This document shows positions 56,754-64,000 of a stretch of 64,000 bases of DNA, piece after piece. The notes under the pieces are model-generated. The model was not told the DNA's origin and ran no database searches. It saw only the letters and a list, made by a program, of their open reading frames with translations. The DNA is from Patescibacteria group bacterium (GTDB lineage: Bacteria > Patescibacteriota > Patescibacteriia > UBA2196). Numbering within the stretch: the first letter of the stretch is position 1; the number at the start of each line of letters is the position of its first letter. The DNA lies in contig JAQTPI010000006.1 of the NCBI GenBank assembly GCA_028748975.1, forward strand, positions 366 through 64,365, given 5' to 3'. The translations under genes were made by a program, and so were the position numbers.

Positions 56754-59258
56754 ATGTTTCATCCTAGAAAAGGAAACTGGCGCGCCGCCGAGAAAAACTT
56801 TCTCCAAAGCTACGCCCAAAAATATTCTTCTTCTTTTAATCGCCCCGGCCAAAAAAAATTCCGCCGGGTGCTTTGGAAATTCATTTTAAAAATCATTCTT
56901 ATTCTCATCATTATCGCTGGTGTCTTTCTGGCCGGCGCCGTGGCCTGGTTTTCCCGCGACTTGCCCAAATCCACCAATCTTTTGACCAAAGACAAAATGG
57001 CCGCGGCTAAAATTTATGACCGCACCGGTCAAACCATTCTCTACGATACTGGCGGCGATTTTGTCCGCACCAAAATTAAACTTTCCGACATTCCCGATTA
57101 TGCCAAATGGTCCACCATCGTGGCCGAAGACCGTGGTTTCTATTCCCACGGTGGTTTGAATTTCAAAGGCATGCTCCGCGCGCTTCTGGTTGATATCCTA
57201 CATGGCGGCAGCGCCTCCCAAGGCGGTTCTTCTATCACTCAACAATTTGTCAAAAATGCCCTGCTTTCCAATGAAAAAACTATTACCAGAAAAATTAAAG
57301 AAGTAATTTTATCTTGGCGTATGGAACAGCGCTTCAGCAAAGACGAAATTTTGGAAATGTATTTTAATGAAATTCCCTATGGCGGCACGGCCTATGGCAT
57401 TGAAGCCGCGGCTCATAAATATTTTAATAAAAATGCCAAAGATTTAACTTTGGCCGAAGGCGCGGTTTTGGCCGCTCTGCCGCAAGCGCCTTCCTATCTT
57501 TCGCCTTATGGCCCCAATAAAGATAAACTTTTAGCACGCAAAGATTGGATTTTAGACAGCTTAGTTAGTGAAGGCTATATTAGTAAAGAAAAAGCCGAAG
57601 CGGCTAAAAAAGAAGAATTAAAATTTGTTAATATCAGTAATTCCATCATCGCTCCGCATTTTTCTTTTTACATTAAAGAATTGGTGACGGAAAAATATGG
57701 TGAGCAGGCGCTCACTGATCAGGGTTTAAAAATTATTACTACCCTGGATTTAGATCAGCAAAAAAAAGCGGAAGAAGCTATTAATAAATTCTATGACCGC
57801 AATGTTAAAAGTTTTAATGCTCGTAATGCCGCCCTGGTCGCCTTGAATCCCAAAACTGGCGAAATCACGGCCATGGTCGGCTCTCACGATTATTTTGATG
57901 AGGAAAACGACGGCGCGGTTAATGTTGCCATTAGCCCGCGCCAGCCCGGCTCATCTTTCAAACCCATTGTCTATTCCGCCGCTTTTGAGGCTGGTTTTTC
58001 TCCAGACACCGTACTTTTTGATTTGCTTACCACTTTCAAAACAGAGGTGGGCGACTACACTCCGCATAATTATAACGACCATTATTTTGGCCCGGTTTCC
58101 ATCCGCAAAGCTCTGGCTGGTTCCTTGAATGTCCCGGCTGTTAAAACAATTTATTTAGTGGGTATTAATAATGTTTTAGATTTAGCCGAACGTCTGGGCT
58201 ATACTACCTTCTCTGATCGCTCGCGCTTCGGGCTTTCTCTGGTGCTTGGCGGCGGCGAAGTCAAACTTTTGGAACATGTTTCCGCTTTTTCCGCTTTGGC
58301 CAACGACGGCCGTCAATTTCAGCCCTTGGCTATTTTGAGAATTGAAAATTCTGATGGTGATATTTTGGAAGAAAACAAACCAGAAAAAAATAGGAATAAA
58401 GAAGCTCTCAAACCGCAAATCACTCGCCAGGTTGTCGGTATTATGTCTGATAATTCCGCCAGGGCCTTTGTTTTTGGTGAAAAAAATTACCTCACTCTTC
58501 CCGACCGGCCAGTCGCGGCCAAAACCGGCACCACCAACGATTTCAAAGATGGCTGGACTTTGGGTTTCACGCCCTCGCTCGCAGTTGGTGTTTGGGTTGG
58601 CAACACTCGTGGTGATGTGATGAAAGGCGCCGCTGACGGCTCCAATGTGGCCGCCCCGATTTGGCATGAATTTATGGTGAATGCCCTAAAAGGCACGCTG
58701 GTGGAAAATTTTATTGCGCCTGACTCCATTATTTTACCAAATAAACCCATGTTAAATGGCAGTTTTACTGCCGAAACAATTGTCGGTAATGTCAAAAAAA
58801 TTGAAGTCCATAATATTTTGCATTATATTAATCGCAATAATATTTTAGGACCGGCTCCGGCCACGCCTTGGGATGACCCTAATTACAATTCTTGGGAATT
58901 GGCGGTGCAGGATTGGGCACAAAAAAATGGTTATATTAATAAAGAAGTTGTTGTTGACGGCAGCGAACCAATCGTGACAATTTTAAAGCCAGTTGCCGGC
59001 GCGATTTTAACCAAAGATGATTTTCCTTTCACTATTAGTTTTCAATTAAAAAATTATCAAAACATTAATAAAGTTGACGCCTACCTGATTGATTCTGCCA
59101 GCCAAACCAACTGGCTCACTTACAAAAACATCAGCAGTTCCAATAACGACCTCCTCTGGACCGCCGCCCCTGTCCCTGGCAAATATAAATTTTATTTACT
59201 TCTCACTTCTGGCTCTCAAACTCAAAAAAGTAATGAAATTGATTTGGAAATAAAATGA
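56754..59258 (+). CDS. class A penicillin-binding protein (PBP1A; glycosyltransferase + transpeptidase)
   Basis: GT51 motifs EDRGFYSHGG and GGSSITQQ. Transpeptidase SSFKP and KTGTT. N-terminal TM anchor. Start trimmed to MFHPRKG. Confidence 0.9.
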   Translation: MFHPRKGNWRAAEKNFLQSYAQKYSSSFNRPGQKKFRRVLWKFILKIILILIIIAGVFLAGAVAWFSRDLPKSTNLLTKDKMAAAKIYDRTGQTILYDTGGDFVRTKIKLSDIPDYAKWSTIVAEDRGFYSHGGLNFKGMLRALLVDILHGGSASQGGSSITQQFVKNALLSNEKTITRKIKEVILSWRMEQRFSKDEILEMYFNEIPYGGTAYGIEAAAHKYFNKNAKDLTLAEGAVLAALPQAPSYLSPYGPNKDKLLARKDWILDSLVSEGYISKEKAEAAKKEELKFVNISNSIIAPHFSFYIKELVTEKYGEQALTDQGLKIITTLDLDQQKKAEEAINKFYDRNVKSFNARNAALVALNPKTGEITAMVGSHDYFDEENDGAVNVAISPRQPGSSFKPIVYSAAFEAGFSPDTVLFDLLTTFKTEVGDYTPHNYNDHYFGPVSIRKALAGSLNVPAVKTIYLVGINNVLDLAERLGYTTFSDRSRFGLSLVLGGGEVKLLEHVSAFSALANDGRQFQPLAILRIENSDGDILEENKPEKNRNKEALKPQITRQVVGIMSDNSARAFVFGEKNYLTLPDRPVAAKTGTTNDFKDGWTLGFTPSLAVGVWVGNTRGDVMKGAADGSNVAAPIWHEFMVNALKGTLVENFIAPDSIILPNKPMLNGSFTAETIVGNVKKIEVHNILHYINRNNILGPAPATPWDDPNYNSWELAVQDWAQKNGYINKEVVVDGSEPIVTILKPVAGAILTKDDFPFTISFQLKNYQNINKVDAYLIDSASQTNWLTYKNISSSNNDLLWTAAPVPGKYKFYLLLTSGSQTQKSNEIDLEIK

Positions 59259-59398
59259 CACCGCAGTGTCATCCTGAGCAACAGCGAAGGATCTCATTTT
59301 AAATTATAAAGCCGGGCCGACGAATGTCGGCCCGGCCTTTTGTTTTATTTATTATTATTCGGATACATTCGGAAAAAATTCGTACGGTATTCGGGAAG

Positions 59399-60805
59399 TT
59401 AAACCACCGCCTCTTCCACAAACTTAGCGCACCGACAATTTCTTTCCGCTGGTAAATTTTTTATTAATTCAAAAATTAATTCTTTAACTTTCTGATTATT
59501 TTCATTAAAAACTTTAATCACATCCTGCGCGTTCACGATTGGCACTTCCGGGTGCCCTTCCAGTCCCGCGTCGTAGTCCGTCACTAAACCAATACTTAAA
59601 TAACACATTCCCAACTCTCTAGCTAAAGCCACTTCCGGGTAGGCCGTCATATTAATTATGTCCCAGCCTTGTGCGCCAAAAAATTCCGATTCTGCCCGGG
59701 TGGAAAATCTCGGCCCCTCAATTACCACTACTGCGCCATGGGGATGAAAAGGAATGTTTAATTTCTGGCAGGCCTCCAAACTGAATTTTCTAAGTTCGGG
59801 ACAATAGGGATCAGCCAGGGAAATATGCGCCACTTTTTCCAAGTCGCCATTTTTTGAATTAACCCCATGGAAAAAAGTATCATCGCGCAAATCCGCTCCG
59901 CGGGTTCTGGTCCAGTTAATAAACTGGTCACAAATCACAAACTCGCCCGGCTTGATGTGCGCCTGCAAACTCCCGACCGCCGCTGGCGAAATAATTTTTT
60001 TCACTCCCAATTTTTTCATCGCCCATAAATTCGCCTTGTAAGGAATCTGGTGCGGCGGCAATTTATGTCCTTGGCCATGGCGCGCGATAAACGCCACATT
60101 TTTCCCGCCAATCCGGCCAATGGAAATTTTATCTGAAGTTACGCCATAGGGCGTAGGCAAATCAATTTCAATTTTTTCACCCATCAAATCATAAAAACCA
60201 GATCCGCCGAAAACTCCGATTTCCGCCACAGGAATTTCTGAATTTATATTTTCTTTTTCCTCTTTTTTTTCGGCCCATTCCGCATCATATTTTACCAAAT
60301 AATTCGTCTGATATTTTTCTTTCAATTTATTAATTCCTCCTAAAAACGGCAAATCCACCACATAACTCACGCCCACAATTTTTCCCCCCATCTCTTCCAC
60401 TAATTTGCAGGTGGCGAGCAATGTGCCGCCAGTGGCCACCAAATCATCAACCACCACCACTCTTTCGCCCGGCTTAATGGTGTCCTCGTGCATTTCAATG
60501 GTATTAGAGCCGTATTCCAAATCATAATCCGCTGATTTTGTTTTATATGGCAGTTTTCCTTTTTTGCGCACAATGGAAAGGCCGGCGCCAAGTTTGTAGG
60601 CCATAGTACTCGCCAAAAGAAACCCGCGCGCGTCAATCCCCACCACTTTATCAATTTTTTCATTTTGATAAGGAAGGCATAACTCATCAATCACAAATTT
60701 AAAAACCTCTTTATTTTCCAAAAGAGTGGTAATGTCTTTAAAATTAACTCCCGGCTTGGGCCAGTCGGGAATTTCACGAATATATTTTTTTAAATTAATT
60801 TCCAT
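59399..60805 (-). CDS. bifunctional fusion: adenine phosphoribosyltransferase (N-terminal) + 5'-methylthioadenosine/purine nucleoside phosphorylase (C-terminal)
   Basis: Apt-like PRPP-binding VVVVDDLVATGGT in residues ~1-175. MTAP/PNP-II-like GVFGGSGFY...ARHGQGHKLPPHQIPYKANLWA in residues ~190-468. Confidence 0.75.
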   Translation of the reverse strand: MEINLKKYIREIPDWPKPGVNFKDITTLLENKEVFKFVIDELCLPYQNEKIDKVVGIDARGFLLASTMAYKLGAGLSIVRKKGKLPYKTKSADYDLEYGSNTIEMHEDTIKPGERVVVVDDLVATGGTLLATCKLVEEMGGKIVGVSYVVDLPFLGGINKLKEKYQTNYLVKYDAEWAEKKEEKENINSEIPVAEIGVFGGSGFYDLMGEKIEIDLPTPYGVTSDKISIGRIGGKNVAFIARHGQGHKLPPHQIPYKANLWAMKKLGVKKIISPAAVGSLQAHIKPGEFVICDQFINWTRTRGADLRDDTFFHGVNSKNGDLEKVAHISLADPYCPELRKFSLEACQKLNIPFHPHGAVVVIEGPRFSTRAESEFFGAQGWDIINMTAYPEVALARELGMCYLSIGLVTDYDAGLEGHPEVPIVNAQDVIKVFNENNQKVKELIFELIKNLPAERNCRCAKFVEEAVV

Positions 60806-60824
60806 AATAATCGGTTAGTGGTAA

Positions 60825-61038
60825 CTGCCGCCTTAAAAAAGTTTTGGTATAAAAGCGAGCTGAGTCGGAACGATTTTTGACCGCAGTCAAAAAAATTTTG
60901 CTTCTGTCTGACGCAGTTCCGCCGAGTTGAGCGCAACGAGGCGGAACAAGGAGTTAACAAAATTAGTGACGACGAGGCCGCTTTTGTCAAAACTTTTTTA
61001 CAGCGGCGCTTTTGGCGCCACCTTTATAAAAAGGTGGC
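60825..61038. repeat. structured ~215-bp intergenic element, copy 2 (between dnaN and the apt-MTAP gene)
   Basis: See copy 1. Confidence 0.7.
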
Positions 61039-61048
61039 TAAAAGAAAT

Positions 61049-62149
61049 TTACTGTTTAATCGGCATCACCAAATACATATATTTTTCCTCGCCCGCCGGA
61101 CGAAAAACAATCGGATTAGCCGCGGAATTGATGAAAATTCTGGTCTTATTGGAATTAATATTATTTAAACCATCAAGTAAAAACTTATAATTAAACACCA
61201 CCACCACATTGCCGCCTTTTTGCTCAGTTTTAATTTTAATGGTATTTTCGCCCACTTGGCTGTTAATCGCCTTAATCACCACCGCGGCATTAATAAATTC
61301 CAAGGTCACATCAAAAATTCCGGTCTTGGCAAACAAACTGGCCGCTTTCACCGCCTTAATTAATTCATTTGTTTCAATTTCCACCTCGGTGTTAAAATTG
61401 GCCGGCACCACCTGTTTATAATCCGGGTAATCACCTTCAATCAGGCGTGAAATCACCACTGTTTCCTCAAAATCAAACTTGACCTGGGTGTCTTCAAAAT
61501 CAATGGTAAAAAATTCATTTTCCATATCCAACATCACCCGCGAGAGTTCTTGGACTGATCTTAAGGGCACAATAATTTTTTCTTCTTTCACCTCTTCTTC
61601 TAATTCTATAATTTTCTCCGCCAAGCGGTAGCTGTTGGTAGCGGCCAAAATCAGATTTTTACCTTTAAAATTAAATAAAATTCCGGTTAATTCCGGCCGC
61701 GCTTCGTCAAAAGACGCGGCAAAAACCACCGCATTAAGTGCTTGTTTAAATTCGTTTAGTTTTATTTTATATTTCTTGCCGCCTTTCACTTCCGGAATTA
61801 AAGGATAATCATCAGCCGGATTGGTTTTGATTTTTGTCTGCCAATCTTCGCTCATCACATTTAATTCACCACTCACCTCCTCTAAATCAATGTTTTTATC
61901 ACTATTAATTAAATTAATATAGTCGGTGATAATTTTGGCCGGCACCGTAATTCGGCCTTCGCCCTCCACCTTGCCCCTGATTTGGGTTTTGACTCCAATT
62001 TCCAAGTTGGTAGCCGAAATTTCAATATTTCCTTTTTCCGCCTTGAATAAAATATTATTCAAAATCGGCAAGTTAAAATTTTTGCCGGTTAAATGAGAAA
62101 CCTTATTCAAACCTTTGATTAAATTTTCTTGTTTGCAAATTATTTTCAT
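61049..62149 (-). CDS. dnaN: DNA polymerase III beta sliding clamp
   Basis: Three-domain beta-clamp length (366 aa), MKIICKQENLIKGLN start, and position downstream of dnaA. Confidence 0.9.
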   Translation of the reverse strand: MKIICKQENLIKGLNKVSHLTGKNFNLPILNNILFKAEKGNIEISATNLEIGVKTQIRGKVEGEGRITVPAKIITDYINLINSDKNIDLEEVSGELNVMSEDWQTKIKTNPADDYPLIPEVKGGKKYKIKLNEFKQALNAVVFAASFDEARPELTGILFNFKGKNLILAATNSYRLAEKIIELEEEVKEEKIIVPLRSVQELSRVMLDMENEFFTIDFEDTQVKFDFEETVVISRLIEGDYPDYKQVVPANFNTEVEIETNELIKAVKAASLFAKTGIFDVTLEFINAAVVIKAINSQVGENTIKIKTEQKGGNVVVVFNYKFLLDGLNNINSNKTRIFINSAANPIVFRPAGEEKYMYLVMPIKQ

Positions 62150-62439
62150 AAATATTTTTTCGCCAGCTGGCGAAGATTACTTATTATTATATTATTTAAA
62201 TATTAATTTAATATTATTCATAATAATTGGTTGTGGATTTGTTGATAACCATTCCCCGTAGCCTGTAAAGCTAGTATAATTGAAAAACAAGAAACAATTT
62301 TTGTTAATAAGTAATGTGGAAATGTTTGGTATAAAAATATTTTTTAAAAAATTTATATAAAAAATATTTTTTTTGGGGATAATTTTTTGTTTTTCCACAA
62401 TTAATAATTGTACTTTTCCCGTGTCTTATCCCCAACTTA
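62150..62439. other. candidate oriC segment between dnaA and dnaN: AT-rich unwinding region plus DnaA-box-like 9-mers
   Basis: TGTGGATTT (62230-62238), TTTTCCACA (62391-62399), TTATCCCCA (62427-62435), and an AT-rich run at 62290-62390. Confidence 0.5.
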
Positions 62440-63807
62440 CTATTTATTATAAATTTTTTGTTTAAGCAGAGTAATATCCTGTTTAATTTTATTATCATGG
62501 TTTAAAGCTTCTTTAATTTTATCGCAAGCATGAATGACGGTGGTGTGATCGCGGCCGCCCAGTTCGTTGCCAATATTAATATAAGACGCTCCCACCTCTT
62601 CCCGCATCAAATACATGGCGATTTGGCGCGGCATCACCAGTTCTTTTTTGCGGCAAGCGCCGGTTAAATCCGATAGTGAGGTGTCAAAAAATTCCGAAAC
62701 CGACTGTAAAATAGATTTAGTGGTTAAAGAACTTCGGGGAGTAATGGTATTAATGGACTGCAGTACGCTTTTTACTTCTTCCAGAGTTGGCTTATGCTGG
62801 CTCAATTGAAAGCGGGCGTAAATATGGTTGAGAGCCCCTTCCAATTCGCGGATATTGCTTTGGATGTTTTCCGCCAGATAATCAATAATTTCACGGTCTA
62901 AAGAAAAATTTTTATCAATTAATTTTTGCTGTAAAATTGCCACCCGGGTTTCATAGTCTGGCTCGGAAATGTCGGCAATCATGCCCCATTCAAAACGCGA
63001 CTGCAATCTCTGTTCCAGATTATTAATGGCTTTGGGCGGCCGATCCGAAGAAAGAATAATTTGTTTGTCTTTTTGGTACAGATCATTAAAGGTGTGAAAA
63101 AATTGTTCTTGCGTCTGTTCTTTGCCCGCCATAAACTGAATATCATCAATAATTAAAAAATCAATACTGCGGTATTTGTGCTGGAATTCGGTGATTTTAT
63201 TGGCGCGCAGCGCCCCGATAAATTCATTGGTAAATTTTTCGCAAGTTAGATAGTTTAGTTTGCAATTGGGGTTGTTTTTTAGAACTTCCTGGCCAATGGC
63301 CTGTAAAAGATGGGTTTTACCAAGCCCTGCCCGGCCATAAATGAAAAGCGGGTTATAGGCTTTGCCCGGTGTTTTTACCACCGCCCTGGCTGCGGCGTGA
63401 GCCAGTTCATTGTTTTTTCCCACAATAAATTTATCAAAAGTATATTTTGGATTAAGTCCAAAAGGATTGTTGGAAACCTCTATTTCTTGACTTTCTGCTT
63501 CAAATTTGTTGATATTTCTGATTTTTTCCTTCAAATTTACTATGTTTTTTGGTTTTGCACTGGTTTCTACCCGATAAAACACTTGACGTAATTTATTGTT
63601 TGTGATGTGTTTCAAAGCCTCCACAATCTTTTCTTGATACTTGTTTTCCATCCAGGCTTTGGTAAATTCATTAGGCACACCAACAACAACATTATCTTCT
63701 TCTTGAGAGATAATAAAAGTGTTTTTAAACCAAGTTGTAAAATTGGCCTTGGATAAGGACAATTCCAGTTCTCCTAAAATTGCCTGCCAAAGTTGTTCGT
63801 TGGTCAT
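62440..63807 (-). CDS. dnaA: chromosomal replication initiator DnaA
   Basis: AAA+ domain GRAGLGKTHLLQAIG and a C-terminal DnaA-box-binding HTH. 455 aa. Confidence 0.95.
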   Translation of the reverse strand: MTNEQLWQAILGELELSLSKANFTTWFKNTFIISQEEDNVVVGVPNEFTKAWMENKYQEKIVEALKHITNNKLRQVFYRVETSAKPKNIVNLKEKIRNINKFEAESQEIEVSNNPFGLNPKYTFDKFIVGKNNELAHAAARAVVKTPGKAYNPLFIYGRAGLGKTHLLQAIGQEVLKNNPNCKLNYLTCEKFTNEFIGALRANKITEFQHKYRSIDFLIIDDIQFMAGKEQTQEQFFHTFNDLYQKDKQIILSSDRPPKAINNLEQRLQSRFEWGMIADISEPDYETRVAILQQKLIDKNFSLDREIIDYLAENIQSNIRELEGALNHIYARFQLSQHKPTLEEVKSVLQSINTITPRSSLTTKSILQSVSEFFDTSLSDLTGACRKKELVMPRQIAMYLMREEVGASYINIGNELGGRDHTTVIHACDKIKEALNHDNKIKQDITLLKQKIYNK

Positions 63808-64000
63808 AATATTGTTTTTGTTTTTATCACTTTAATTTTAGCACCAATTCCAAACACCATCAAGCATCGAAAAAAAGTGGAAAAGTTCCTGGTTTGGGGA
63901 CAATTTGGGGACAAATGGGGATATCACGAGAATTTTTAATTTTCAATTTCTAATTTCTAAAAATTAGTTAATTTTTTGACATAATTTATTTTTTCAGCTA
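63808..64000. other. dnaA upstream region with three tandem TTTGGGGACAA-type 9-10-mers (possible divergent DnaA boxes) and an (AATTTCT)n tract
   Basis: tggTTTGGGGACAAtTTGGGGACAAaTGGGGATAtc at 63890-63925. The reverse complement TTGTCCCCA matches TTATCCACA at 7/9. Confidence 0.4.

Overview
This window looks like a chromosomal region from a small-genome, repeat-rich bacterium with roughly 40% GC. Gene content (rny, clpP, infB-rbfA, rnc, nusB, rpmF, ftsK, recA, efp, rpsF-ssb-rpsR, ychF, tsaD/tsaE, yebC, ruvC, tyrS, a class A PBP, dnaN-dnaA and a candidate oriC at the right end) and the lack of biosynthetic genes are consistent with Patescibacteria/CPR; that assignment is inference only.

About 55 supportable CDSs and two tRNAs are listed: tRNA-Glu(UUC) on the minus strand and tRNA-Leu(UAG) on the plus strand. 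Many ORF-track calls are antisense artefacts and were not reported. Several N-termini were trimmed where a repeat element had extended the ORF (nusB, nrnA, tyrS, the ROK kinase, the PBP, hsp20, tsaE).

The most interesting locus is a minus-strand cluster at about 29.1-37.9 kb. It contains:
- a MoaD/ThiS-like ubiquitin-like gene that carries an in-frame TAG;
- a ThiF/MoeB-type E1-like enzyme;
- a JAB/MPN(+) metalloprotease with a complete JAMM motif;
- three tandem paralogous ~655-aa proteins whose C-terminal ~130 aa resemble a UBC/E2 fold. One paralog has lost the putative catalytic Cys.

All five transcription units in this cluster share a conserved promoter/leader module. Two of the paralogs share a ~150-nt identical gene-conversion tract. 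The GC content of the Ubl/E1/JAB part is clearly above the surrounding DNA. I read this as a candidate, previously undescribed bacterial ubiquitin-like conjugation system built around giant E2-fusion proteins.

The window is also crowded with intergenic repeat families:
- MITE-like elements with GTCATCCTGAG terminal inverted repeats, one of them inserted in frame inside tsaE;
- a 215-bp structured element in two copies, with compensatory base changes that preserve two hairpins;
- large hairpin elements built from CAAATTACAAGCACCAAA-type units;
- a CGGTTTTTGCC-N3-GGCAAAAACCG palindrome found upstream of recA and ssb.

Two GC-rich orphan genes look like foreign DNA. A tRNA-Leu sits between two halves of a tRNA-like structure with perfectly complementary acceptor-stem arms.
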